Source of the DNA: Camelus dromedarius
Taxonomy: Eukaryota
DNA: 64,000 nucleotides
Assembly (NCBI RefSeq): GCF_036321535.1
Contig: NC_087438.1
Location: forward strand, 14,386,001 to 14,450,000
Reading direction: 5' to 3'
Below are positions 12,500-23,614 of the stretch, piece by piece (positions within the stretch are counted from its first letter, which is position 1; every line of letters begins with the position of its first letter). The translations under genes were made by a program, and so were the position numbers. The notes below the pieces were generated by a model. That model searched no databases. It had not been told where the DNA came from and was given only the letters and a program-made list of their open reading frames with translations.

Positions 12500-13932
12500 A
12501 CGGGAAGTTCACTATTGAAGGGTAAGGTTGCAGAGGAGTTTCCTTGGAACCCCAGTTGGCTTTATAAATAAAAACTATGGGCCCTCCTTGTCTAAGTATT
12601 TGTCTCCTTAGACGACGATAATCCACTATGATTTAGAATTCAATTGCCTAACTTGGGGTCCTTTGAAATTCCTAAATTAGTTTTATGTGCACAGACATTT
12701 AGAAAAAAAAAAAATGTAACACAAAGCAGCCGAAATGGTAAGCTTATTTCAGTTGGCATTTGGTGCCCTCAAAATGAGTTAGCAATTCCAAAATTGCTTC
12801 CCTCCAGGATATTAACTCCAAATGATCTAAGCCTAATTCTGAATTGTCTCAGAGACTGACTAAACTTGAAAATTACTAAATATTCTCCTAATGTTCATTT
12901 GTCTCTACCTTTTATTCCTGCTGTTGCCACACCTGCCCTGCTCCTCTTAGCCCTTCTGTTGCCTGCCTGTTTTCCTACCCACCTCTACCTTTCTCTAGCC
13001 AAATTTCCTTTTTATAACTCCTACACAGATGATTCCAAAGCCCCTCTAGACTCTCCTGCCTTCTTAGTCCCTTTTAAAAGTCCAGCTAGCCAAAACCACT
13101 AATCAGAGCCACCAACTTTTGTCTTACATCCCTGAAATAAGATGAACTCAGTGCAATTACTAACCACTTTCCACCTCACAAGGAAGACCCCATTGATTTT
13201 CCACAAGAATTTCTTCTTGCAGTTCAGACTTATGATCCAGAATTTTCTGATCTTTACCAGCTTATCCACAGGTTAGTCAGCAAAGGTTTTGCTACAAATG
13301 GATGATATTAGCAGATTGGAATGTACCAATAAAATATTTTGCCTTTAAGGGGCACACTGCCATGTGTGAAGTTTCTAAATAAGTAAAATTCCTGAGACTT
13401 TTCATCCCATTATTGTCTGGAAAAAAATCCAAAATACATAAAAAAAAATTGATGAATCTATCTTTGATTATTACAGTAAATTTGAGGAACTCATTAAGCA
13501 ATATTTTGGCATAGATAAAATTAATGCTGAATCTCAACACTTTTAAATTTCATCCTTGTTTAAAGTTTATGAAAAGAACTTAGACAACTTGTTAGAAAAT
13601 GACAACTTAATTGGGCTACCAGTCAACCTCATGATTTTTGTGAACTATGCTAAATAGCTCTCCTGAGTTTTTCAGAAATACACAAAAAAGAAAGCTGAAC
13701 AAGCTTTAAACGATCAGATTCAAGACCAAATAATGCACTACAACAACTTTCTGCTAAATCAAACCTACGCAGTACCCAAGATAAATGACAAACCAAAGGG
13801 GCTTGCAATTATAGTAAAAAGCTCAGCTACTGGAAAAAGGACTGTTTTAAAATTAAACCAACACTGGAATATCAACAGCCTTAAAATAACTGCCATTCTC
13901 ACAAGTTCCAACCTGGTTGATCTTAACAATAG
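12500..13932 (+). pseudogene. gag: Retroviral gag remnant
   Basis: Inferred start ACG-GGA (decayed Met-Gly). MA motifs GTPVGF..NYGP and GSFEIPKL (12640-12680), a Pro-rich region, CA EDP..F..EF and TYDPEFSDLYQLIH (13185-13270), MHR-like DESIFDYYSKFEE (13451-13490). Degenerate zinc knuckle C-N-Y-S-K-K-L-S-Y-W-K-K-D-C at 13804-13845. Confidence 0.85.
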
Positions 13933-14300
13933 CCCTGCTCTGAGGATAAAAAGAGAATTTTTCCCATAGTCCTAAGTAATTATTTTGTAGAAACTGACTT
14001 AACTGTTGGTAATAAAGTTACTAAGGCCCTGTTAGTTACAGGAGCACTTTGTCAATTCTTAACCCCACCAGCCTCTCTGTTCCCTTCCCCAAAGTGCCAG
14101 AACCATAAAAATGGTGGGAGTATTTAACCAATCTATGAATGTTTTTAAGTCTTTTCTAGTTTCTTTTAAATAAGGACTTATTTATGAGATTCATCCATTC
14201 CTTCTAGTTTCTTCTGTTCCAATCCACCTATTGGATAATTATTTCCTAGAGGCTCATAAAACCCATGTTTTCTTATCCAAAAAGGGGGAAATATTTTACA
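13933..14300 (+). pseudogene. pro: Retroviral aspartic protease remnant
   Basis: ALLVTGA at 14026-14046 (catalytic DTG changed to VTG). C-terminal HPFLLVSSVPIHLLDNYFLE matches the P..LLGRDFL motif. Confidence 0.82.
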
Positions 14301-14399
14301 CCTTGGAGGATGCCCTGATCCTCACAATTCTCCAGGAGACTCGTCTATTGCCATTCCGGTTGTCTCAATCTCTGTGGCTGATTCTAACCCTCTTTTACA

Positions 14400-16900
14400 T
14401 ACAATCCCTGATTAACTTTGGCCTAAGAATGCTACTGATATCAATTGTGATTCACTCTCTACCACTCATAAAAATTTAGGTGGATAAAAGAAGGACTCTG
14501 CCAACTATCCCCCAATACCTACTGAATGCAGAGGCTGTTCAAGGACTTAAATTCATAATTGAAGAATATATTAAAAAGACAACTCAGAGGCTTTTTAGGA
14601 CAGGCAGGGTATTGTGGAAATTGGATCCCACATTTTTCTATCCTAGCCCTGCTCTCATACTCTCTTCTTAAGGATGATCAGACTAAACCTCTTATTTGGA
14701 CAGAAACTTAAGAAGCATTTACCCTTATTAAAGACAGCCTTCATGACTCACCTGCCTTAGGTCATCCTAATTATAAACTTCACATTTTTTTTCCTTTTTG
14801 CCCATAAAAAAAGAAGGAAATGCCCTCAGCAGACTTACTCAGTGCCATGGGGACCATCATGGACCTATAGGATATTAAGGCCAACAAATAGACTCAGTAG
14901 CCAAAGGTCATCCTCCTTGCATGAGAATCACTGCATCCACTGCCGATTAATGACAGCAAGTAGAATAAATTGGAGTGGGGTCTTTGCTGACCTTTTGTGT
15001 GCCTCATTCCATGGAATCCTTGCTTCATTCTCATCATGTTCAGTAACTTTCTGCCAGCAGACTAATCTCTGAAATTCTCTTCCTGTCTTCTTCTAACATT
15101 ACTATCTGCTGGTGCCACACCCTGATTCTGGCTATCCTCCTCCCTTCGCTAAAGTCCTTCATGACTGCTTGGTATTGACTGACTAACTCCTCATCTCTCC
15201 AACTGATTTGCAAGACATGGCTTTTGAAAACACTGAGCTGATCTGGTTCACTGATGGATCCTATTTGAAAGATGAGTCCAGCTACTACTGAGCTGGCAAT
15301 GCTACAGATCTTTAACAAGTCATTGAAGCTAACACCATGCCAGAAACTACGTCTGCTCAACAGACAAAACTCTTTGCATTAACTACAGCCTGCCTCTTAG
15401 TAAAAGATAAAACCTCTAATATATACATGTATATTGTACTGACTGAGTAGGTACACGTTTGGTGTTATACCTGATTTTGTCATTCTTTGGAAACAAAGTT
15501 TTTTTTAACCTCCTCCAGTCAGAAAATCAAAAGCAGTTCTTATGTGCTATGACTCAGATGCCATTCAACTGCCTAAATCTTCAGCAGTAATTAAAACTTA
15601 CGGATACTCAACAGCAGACTCATATGGAGAAGAAAGCAAAGGAAACCATTTGACACTGCTTCTAAGTCAGCAGTTCTCTGAAAGCCTAAAATTATACTAG
15701 AAGGGCCTTAACTACCCATGAATTCAAAATCTGAATTACTAAAATATTAGAAGCACAACTCTTATTTTGGAGAATTTTTTTTTAAAAGGGGGTAAAAAAA
15801 TGAATGGATGGCTTTAAAGAAATATTTGATTAGGATCAAATGGTAGACCTGTCCTCCCTGACTGTTTACAAAAATTTATCCTAGAGTATATATATAACGT
15901 GACTCACTGGAATACTGATTAAATGATTCAGGGTAAAACAATATTATTGGAAACCATTTCCTAAAATGGCTCACAAAGTATATCAAAGTTGCCATTTTGC
16001 CCCAAACAGAACCCAAGAAAGCCTATCCATACTTTCATGGATCATTTTCCTTTACCCTTAGGACCTTTTGAGGTATGGCAAACAAATCTTATCCAATCAA
16101 TCACCATCATCTCAGGGTTATAAATATGTATTGGTAATGATCTGTATGTTCTTTCACTGGGTGAAAGCTTTTCCTTCTCACAGAGCCATGACCACAGCAG
16201 CAAGTAATGTCTCATTGGAAAAAGTTATTGTCACTTAAAAAATACCCTCTGAACTCCATCCACGGTGACAGAGTTTCCCATTTTACTGGATAAGTGATCC
16301 AATATGCTTGTAAAATGTGGCCTATTTTATAACACTTCCATGGACCTACCATTCTTAGTTGTCAAGATTGGTGGAATACACTAATGGAATTATAAAAATT
16401 CAGTTTACTAAATATGTTGAGTCATTTAAATTGTCTTGACCTAAAAGCATTGCTCTTAGTTTACTTAACCTGAGATCCACCACCTCTGGAAAAAGCAAGT
16501 TATCACCATTCAAATCATTACTGGTAGATCCATGAGACTAGACAAAAACATGTATAAACCTGTTCTGTTAAAAGGAAACATCTTAACCTACTGGGAGATA
16601 CTACCAGGACCTAAAAGTTAACTCACGGTCTTAGAGCAATCTTTCCACAGTGGGCTCGTGGAAAACAAAGACATACAGCATCTTGATCTCCAACCTAGAG
16701 ACTATGTCTATTGGAAACAACACTTGCACAAAGATGCCTTTCAACCTTGTCAGAAGGGACCTTATCAGGTATTGTTAACTAATTCTTGCACCATTAATAT
16801 TAAGCTAATTGAGTCATGGATTTGAGTTTCTCATTTAAAGAAGGTAGCATCTCCTACCTGAACTCCATAACTGTCTAGAGACCTGAAACTAAAATTAACC
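14400..16900 (+). pseudogene. pol: pol remnant: RT (core deleted), RNase H, integrase
   Basis: RT N-terminus PQYLLNAEAVQGLKFIIEEYIKK is fused to the thumb RQLRGFLGQAGYCGNWIPHFS, then PALGHPNY. RNase H WFTDGSY (15244-15264) and SAQQTKLFAL. Integrase GPFEVWQ, KYVLVMICMFFHWVKAFP, GDRVSHFTG, LVEYTNGIIK, KGPYQVLLT, SWI*VSHLKK. Confidence 0.92.
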
Positions 16901-16958
16901 AGACAAAAGCCAGGATAATGAAGCAAACCAAATCTGTTGTGGATAGCTTTTCTAAGAT

Positions 16959-18330
16959 TTGAGACCAGGCTTATGTAATACTCCTTTTATTTGCCTTTTT
17001 CCATGTATAAATGCTTTTGATTTAAATGTTTTTTTCTTCCATGTGCACAATCATATGCTGATTTTAAAAATAAATCCAGCTTTTGGATTTGTGGACAACT
17101 GTCCTTGTCCACAACTTCTGGGTTACTTTGGAGAATATCTCCATTACAAGAATTCAACTGGTTAGCTTTAGGACATTTAGTTTTAGAGGAAAGATATACT
17201 AACAGAACTCTAGAAACCACAGATTTTACTAATTGAAACCAACATGAATGGTTCATCAACTGAACCTTAAATGACTCTTTATGTTGGTATTTGTTTTCTC
17301 TTAATGTTACCAAGACCCAATCTCAGAAAAGAACTAGACTAAAATTTAGAAAAAAGAAAAGTCACCTCTCATCCTTTAGTGGGTAACATTGCCCAATTAT
17401 GGAATGGATTTATATGGTTAACACCAACTTATGTGTTAGTACCAAAGCCCCCTATATGTTAGGAACAAGTTGACCATGCAAGGATGAATTAATCTAATAA
17501 TATCCAATATTTTGGATGGATGCCATGTGGTTCTGTACTGTAAGTATCCACTTTAAAAACTAGTGATTGGTTTGGAATTGATTAAGATAGTCAACCTAGT
17601 ATTTATTTTGTAGCCCCAAATCGAATCTGATGGCTGTGTGGAACTAACTTCTTGTCTTGGATACCTTCCAGGGTGGATAGGGCATTGCAACTTAAGAGCT
17701 TCTTGAACTTAAGGACATATTTGCACAACTCTCAACATTGCTCCTGCAAATTACCCCTTATTAGGAGCAAGACAGGTCAGGTTAGTCTTCCATGATAATT
17801 TTTGTTCTCTCACTGGGACATAGAGATGTTGTTATTCACACAGAAACTTTAACCAGCTTTACACAATAAGCCCTAAATGATCATCAACAGTCTATAAATC
17901 TTTTAAATTCTAAAACACCTTTAAAGAGAGTGGCAGTCTTACAAATCGCATGGCTCTTGACACTATTACAGCCTCTAAAGGGAGTACCTGAGCTATAATA
18001 CCAACTGAGTGTTTTCCTTTTTAAACAGGATGAATCATCTAATGTCACCCATTTATTAAGTCATACAGAAAAGAAAATAAATGTTATGAATGACACAATA
18101 CCCGGTCTTGGAGAAATACTAAAAGGTTGCTTTTCTTCAGGTGAAGGTGATTAAAATCTTTGCTTATGACATTGGTATTGATTCTTGTGGTATTAATGAC
18201 TTTCTGTGTACTCTCTAAGTTGATACGCTCTTTATTTCTTGCTACTCAGGATATTAAGTTTATGGTTGCTCAGAGACTTGTGTTACTCAACCAGATGCAG
18301 CCTACAATTCATATCACAAATAAAAGATAG
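16959..18330 (+). pseudogene. env: Gamma-type env remnant
   Basis: Hydrophobic N-terminus and NKSSFWICG (decayed CWIC, 17081-17092), then WLCGTN and GWIGHC. ISD LQ/RMALDTITASKGS at 17939-17987, decayed CX6CC (*AIIPTECF), TM segment LMTLVLILVVLMTFCVL near 18163-18213. Confidence 0.87.
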
Positions 18331-18569
18331 ACTGAATTTGTCATTATTTTAGGTAGGAAAGATGCTTAAGTCCTGCTTTCTGAAAACCTATTTGATGCTC
18401 AAATATGACAATTCCCTTATGACCATGACTCGTACTCTCTTTTCCTCCTCTATGGGACATGACATACCAGGAATAAGTCTTCCTGGTGCCAAGGAACTTT
18501 TTAAAAAGAATATTGACTTATGATTGCTAATATCATAAGATAATTGATCACCAAGGAAAGATATTAATC

Positions 18570-18581
18570 AAAAGGGGAAAA
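18570..18581 (+). promoter_or_regulatory. Polypurine tract
   Basis: AAAAGGGGAAAA directly precedes the TG of the 3' LTR. Confidence 0.88.
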
Positions 18582-19059
18582 TGTAAACTATGAACAACAA
18601 AATAGAGTCACTTATGTCTAAAGAATCTAAAATAAAGCTAGGAGGCCACTAGGGAAATAGAACTTACACATGTCTACACCTGGATACTATATAAACTTTT
18701 GACCCATGCATCCACAGGCCATCTGGAACTCATTTTCTCTGCTCCCTAGAAACTGCAGTCTAGCAACTAGTCCACCGCTGACAAGCAACTGAATGCCTGC
18801 TGGAGCTGATTGTACTTTTGTAAAACAATTTATGTAACTTCTCTGGAATGTCTTTGTCTATTGTTTTTATAAAACTCCTCCATTTTCTACTTTCCCCAGA
18901 ACACATTCGAGTTGTTACTGAAATCAGTGCCTCCCAAATTGTAATTTGTAAGACCCTCAGTGAACTCTTTTTCTTATTTGCAGCCTTCTGTACTTTTGTG
19001 GGTTTTTGTTTTGTTTTGTTTTATTTGTTTGTTTGTTTGTTTCTTTGTTTTGTTTGACA
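18582..19059 (+). repeat. Provirus 3' LTR
   Basis: TGTAAACTATGAACAACAAAATAGAGTCACTTA...tttgaCA. Homologous along its length to the 5' LTR. TATAAAA at 18868-18874. Confidence 0.92.
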
Positions 19060-19276
19060 AGCTCCAACATCCTTTTTGTCTTCAGCTAATGATAATATTT
19101 AAGGTGAGGGCTCTGGCCTTTTTGGCGAGTTACTCAGTTATCCTGGGACTCTGTTATGTGTGCATGTTATTAAACTTTTGTTTGATTTTTCTCTTGTTAT
19201 TATCTCACGTCAATTTAATTTTTAGAGCAGCCAGAAGAACCTAGAACAGTCAAGGAAAATGTCTTCCTTCCTGACA
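19060..19276 (+). mobile_element. 3' half of the MER34/MER39-like host LTR
   Basis: ccaacatcctttttgtcttcagct...atttaaggtg...attaaacttttgtt...cagccagaagaacctagaa...ggaaaatgtcttccttcctgaCA, typical of the MER34-group LTR end. Flanks atta (11410-11413) / atga (19277-19280) may be a 4-bp TSD with one mismatch. Confidence 0.75.
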
Positions 19277-19725
19277 ATGATTAGAAAATTGTTATAATGA
19301 ATACATTTCAAGAACACACATTTCCAGTTAAAAATATCTGAACAGTGTTTAACGAGGGAAGACATGATGCATTTCTCTATTGAGCGCATAAACAAAAGAC
19401 ATGCTGTGTCCTCACACGAAAAGGAGAATGTTGTCACAACATATTTTCTCACATTTTAAATTCACAAGGAGCTTCTTTTGGTTTTGCTTTTATGGACTGG
19501 GATTTTGAATGCTTGGTATGACTGATGTGGGGGGAGGGTAGAAGTTGAGACCTTTGGAGCTAATTTTACTTAACATGCAAGAAAAAAATTGAGAATTCTC
19601 TGTTGCATCTAAGATTAAAAACAAATAAATGAGTAAATGATTAATAAATAAATAATAAATACGCAGAGTAAATAAAGAGAATTATCTTGACATTACCAAG
19701 AACCATATCAGGTAAATAGACAATG

Positions 19726-20148
19726 GTGTTAATCTGGGCACAGCAGGCCACAGATGAGATAATCAAAATTGGTATAATTTAGGCAGAGTGTATTTACAAA
19801 GGCATATTTACAAAGAGTCATGTGGCCATGCAATAAAGGAGTTGCCAGAACTCTTAGACCCAAGGGAACAGTTGAGAAAGCTGTATAAGAAAGTCACTTT
19901 TGAGTGGAGTTGGATACATCAGTTAAGAGATGCATTTACAAGAGACAACATCATGGGGCCCTGGGTAGAAATACTCCGACCTCACTCTACTCTCTCCCTG
20001 GTACCTCCTCCAGGGCATCAACTCACTTAACACAAACAAAAGCAGAGTAAGAGTGTAACCCATAAAGGTCAACTTTATAAGCCAGGAAGCTGAGTTTAAA
20101 AATATGGAGTGTGGATCTGGAGGGGCCAACAGCAAATACTTAGCCCAG
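19726..20148 (-). mobile_element. ERVL LTR (LTR33/LTR41-like)
   Basis: Ends ggagtgtggatctggaggggccaacagcaaatacttagccca, the reverse complement of the tttgcccctccagatccactctcc start of this LTR group. Confidence 0.65.
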
Positions 20149-22619
20149 AGTATTTAAGTATATTTTGAATGGATGAATGAATGATGACTAATGAACAAGT
20201 CCTCATTTGCTGTAGGGGAAATGTTACCAAATATTGTGAAACAACTAGTCATTCATTTCACAAAGCAAGCAAGTAAGTGTGTTAGGTGTTTTATTTCTGT
20301 AGAGGAAATTACTGTGACAAATCTTTGTCATTCAAATTATTAGAATTATAAATAAATTTTAGGGTTAAAATTGAGAGTTAACCTTTTAGATGAAATATTT
20401 AAAATTTATGGTTTATTTAGAAAATAAATTTAATATATATATGTATATACATACATATATTTTTAAAAGTCTCTAGGCTATTTCATACATTATTTTTCTG
20501 TTTTCTTTGACTAACTGGTAGGGTTCTCTGCATGCTGTTTAAAGATAATAATACTGAAATTGATTCACAAAGCAAGCAAATTTATAACAGCAGTGGTAAT
20601 TAATGATAATATTTTTAAAGATGCTGATCAATAAACAGGGTGAATTTCAAAATTAAAAGTCAGTTATGATTTTGCACACATATAAAAATTACAGTAATTT
20701 GTTTTTGCTGGTTCTGTCAATATTTGGTCCAATCTGTCAAAGTATTGCACATTTTAATATATGGCTAATTACAATAATAAAGTCTTAAAATAAATCAGTA
20801 AGGAAATCAATATATACCTGTAAATTAGTGTGAAATGGCAAAAATAACTATTATTATTGAAAGTGATATAACATTTTCAAATCTATGTAACAATGCCTCT
20901 GAGTAAATAGTATTATCTATTTGTGAAAGACCAATATAATTCCATGAATTCAACATGCATGATTAAACTCCTACAGAAAATGTTCCAAAATATATAATCT
21001 AGTGTGAAGCAATAGACCATATAAAGATAGGGTAGTGTTACTAAAAATAGTGAAGCCACACTAGTATATTTCTCTTTATGCTTTGCTTTCAAGGATAAGG
21101 GTATTATAGTCTACTTAGAAATGACAAACCTATTAAATAAAATGAAAAATTATATTGTAATTTTCAACTTCTTTTGGTAGAATTTTTTAAAATTTCTACA
21201 AAAAAATCTCAAACCAAGAAGAGTGCATTAATCTGAATTATGTTCTGTAAAGTGCATCAAAATTTTTCAATAAAGTATAATAGGCTGAAAGTCAAGAAAG
21301 TAGTTTTTCAAGTAACAGTAATAATAATTTTTTTTCAGATTTTTTCCTTGGGGGTAAATTATTTTCATGGCAAATGTGGAAAAGTTTCTTAAGTGTCACT
21401 CTAAGTTATTCAGAATATTTTGAGTTAATTTGGCTCCTCATCCTTCTTAAAGCTTGTTTAGCCTCATGTACTTCACCTATTCTAAAAGTAATCCTTTCTG
21501 TTATTAAATATTATCCAAGTCATTTAGATAATAAACTCAGTAATATATTGGTAAAATAATCTAATCCCAGATTTATTCACTTTTTAATTAAAGAAGAAAA
21601 AAATATGTAATGAATGAAACCAGAATGGCTGATATTTTTATATCCAGAAGACCTAAAGAGCGTATTTCTTTAAGCGCTGCTGCTTATATCAAATAGCTTG
21701 ATAATTTTAGTATTGAAAAATGAGCATTTTTAAAAGTAAATTATTTTAGTGTTATATTTTAATTAACTTTGATTATATATTTATCTTTATAATCAACTAT
21801 ATCTTGGACAAATTAAAGTAAACTTCTAGGTGTTTAACAAAGTTATATAAATATATAAATTTATGTTTTAACTGCACATTAACAGTTTGATGAAAAATAT
21901 TATCAAGCATACAATTAAAATGGCCTGGCTTGATAAAAGAAAAACATAGAAACACTTATACCTAAATTTTTATTTAATTTAGTTAGACTTTCCTTTCTTT
22001 GGAGAACTAGAATGTTTAAGAGCATTTGCCTATTACCCGCCATGACCACTAGATTTATAATATGGTCTTTCAAATTAAGGTCAATTAAGACATGTTGAGA
22101 ACTTTTATATCAATAGCACTGTATAAACCTCTCCTCTGAGCTTAGACACGAAGCAGTTTAAGATCTGTTACTAGCATCAGAGAAGGCTGCATTAGTATTA
22201 CATGTTCCTTAACCCTCTTCCTATTCCATTATCATTGTTATGCTATTCTTGTTTGCTCCATCTTGTGTTTTTACATTATTCCTTTTTAAAAATCAGCTGT
22301 GGACTGTACGAATTGAAGTTGTGAAGTGTCTTTAAGACTGTTTCAAGAGAGTCCTCGGATCCATTTAGCTGAAATGACAGAATTTGAAGTATGGTGTATG
22401 AGACCACAGTGGTTTTCTTGTGAATTCAATCATTCAGTAAGTTCTGCTTAACATGCCACTGTTTCCTAACAGAAATGTTGAGGGTGGGGGAGGTAGGAAG
22501 AAACATGAAAGCAATAATTTTCAAAAGAAAATATAAAGGAGGAGCATCAGTGATTTTTTTTAAGCAAACATTTGTTATCTGATGGAAATACTAAACACAA
22601 ACACTGGAATATTCAGAAA

Positions 22620-23215
22620 TTATTCAGTCAACAAATCTGCGAGTGCCTATAATGAACACTGTCCTAGAAAGGGGGAAACTATTGAAGTGTAAAAACTTCT
22701 TCCCTGTTTGTGACCCCCATGGAGTTTGTTTTAAGGTAATTGTAATTGGGCAAGTACATACATAATAACAACCTGCGATAATCGCTTGAAGCAAAATCTC
22801 CGCGTATTATGAGTGTACACATCAAAGAAACTACAAAACGGATCTCAGAAGTCTTTTTCTCAGGACTGATATCAGATCCATGTTCTAATCAATATGTATG
22901 AATCAACTAAATGAAGGCCTGGAGGGAGCAGTCCAGGCAAAAGATTCTGAATGCAAAGGACAAAGAACAACCCAGAATTAAGGCTTGAAGCTGAAGGGAG
23001 GGGAAGTGGATGCTGAAGAGGTCTGATGGGGATACAGAATCTAGGTTAAAAACATCTGTCTCTATAGAAAGAAAAAACAGGAATCCATAGAAGGGTTTCC
23101 AGCAGGAAAATGACATGGTCATATTTGCATTTTAAAATATCACTGATCAGACTGTGTAGATCAGATTAGCAGGGACAGAAATGCTTGCAGTCTGAACAGA
23201 GATGATGAATTGTCA
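22620..23215 (-). mobile_element. L2 fragment
   Basis: attcagtcaacaaat...gagtgccta (antisense L2 3' end) and gaagggtttccagcaggaaaatgacatggtcatatttgcattttaaaatatcact. Confidence 0.65.
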
Positions 23216-23614
23216 TGAATAACTGTGATCACCGTACTGTAACCTAGAAAAATAAACTATTTCTGGGTTTGTAATGCTTAAAGTGTGTAATCAGTTTTTG
23301 AAAATTATACACATTTTCTTCAGTAAGAGGAATGGGTTTATATATACAGATTTATTTTAAGAATATTTTCATCCATTTTAAATAATTTGAATTTAGAAGC
23401 AATAGTAATTTGCTTAAGGAGATTAATAAAGGTCATGGTGGTTAAAACCTCTGAGAACAGAACTAAAATTGAGACTTACCATTAACAACATGATTAAATG
23501 TGCAAAAGTAATCCATGATGTGGGGAAATTAATTTACTACATTATGAAGGGTAAATCAAATTATAACATAAGGGAAAACTATTTGCTTTAAAGTAGCAAA
23601 GAAAATCAATTTTT

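Larger units (their letters stand above)
11748..19059 (+). mobile_element. Decayed near full-length class I endogenous retrovirus (provirus)
   Basis: Two homologous TG...CA LTRs, PBS, PPT and collinear gag-pro-pol-env motifs, with many stops and frameshifts. Confidence 0.95.

Noticed and set aside
12577..12621. ATG-GGC as the gag start
   Set aside because: It is out of frame with the NYGP matrix motif it overlaps and stops after 14 codons. The ACG-GGA at 12500 fits better.
15040..15360. 106-aa antisense ORF within pol; also the 108-aa antisense ORF at 16987-17313 within env
   Set aside because: No motifs, non-ATG starts, and lengths reachable by chance opposite decayed coding sequence. There is no basis for an antisense viral protein.
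18582..18645. Excess of A in the 3' LTR where the 5' LTR has G (possible APOBEC3 editing)
   Set aside because: Only five sites in the first 60 bp, changes in the opposite direction appear further in, and the ancestral state is unknown. Neutral transitions are enough to explain it.
22297..22436. Possible exon bounded by ...atcag and gtaagt
   Set aside because: All three forward frames contain stops and the polypyrimidine tract is weak. A non-coding exon cannot be supported without RNA data.
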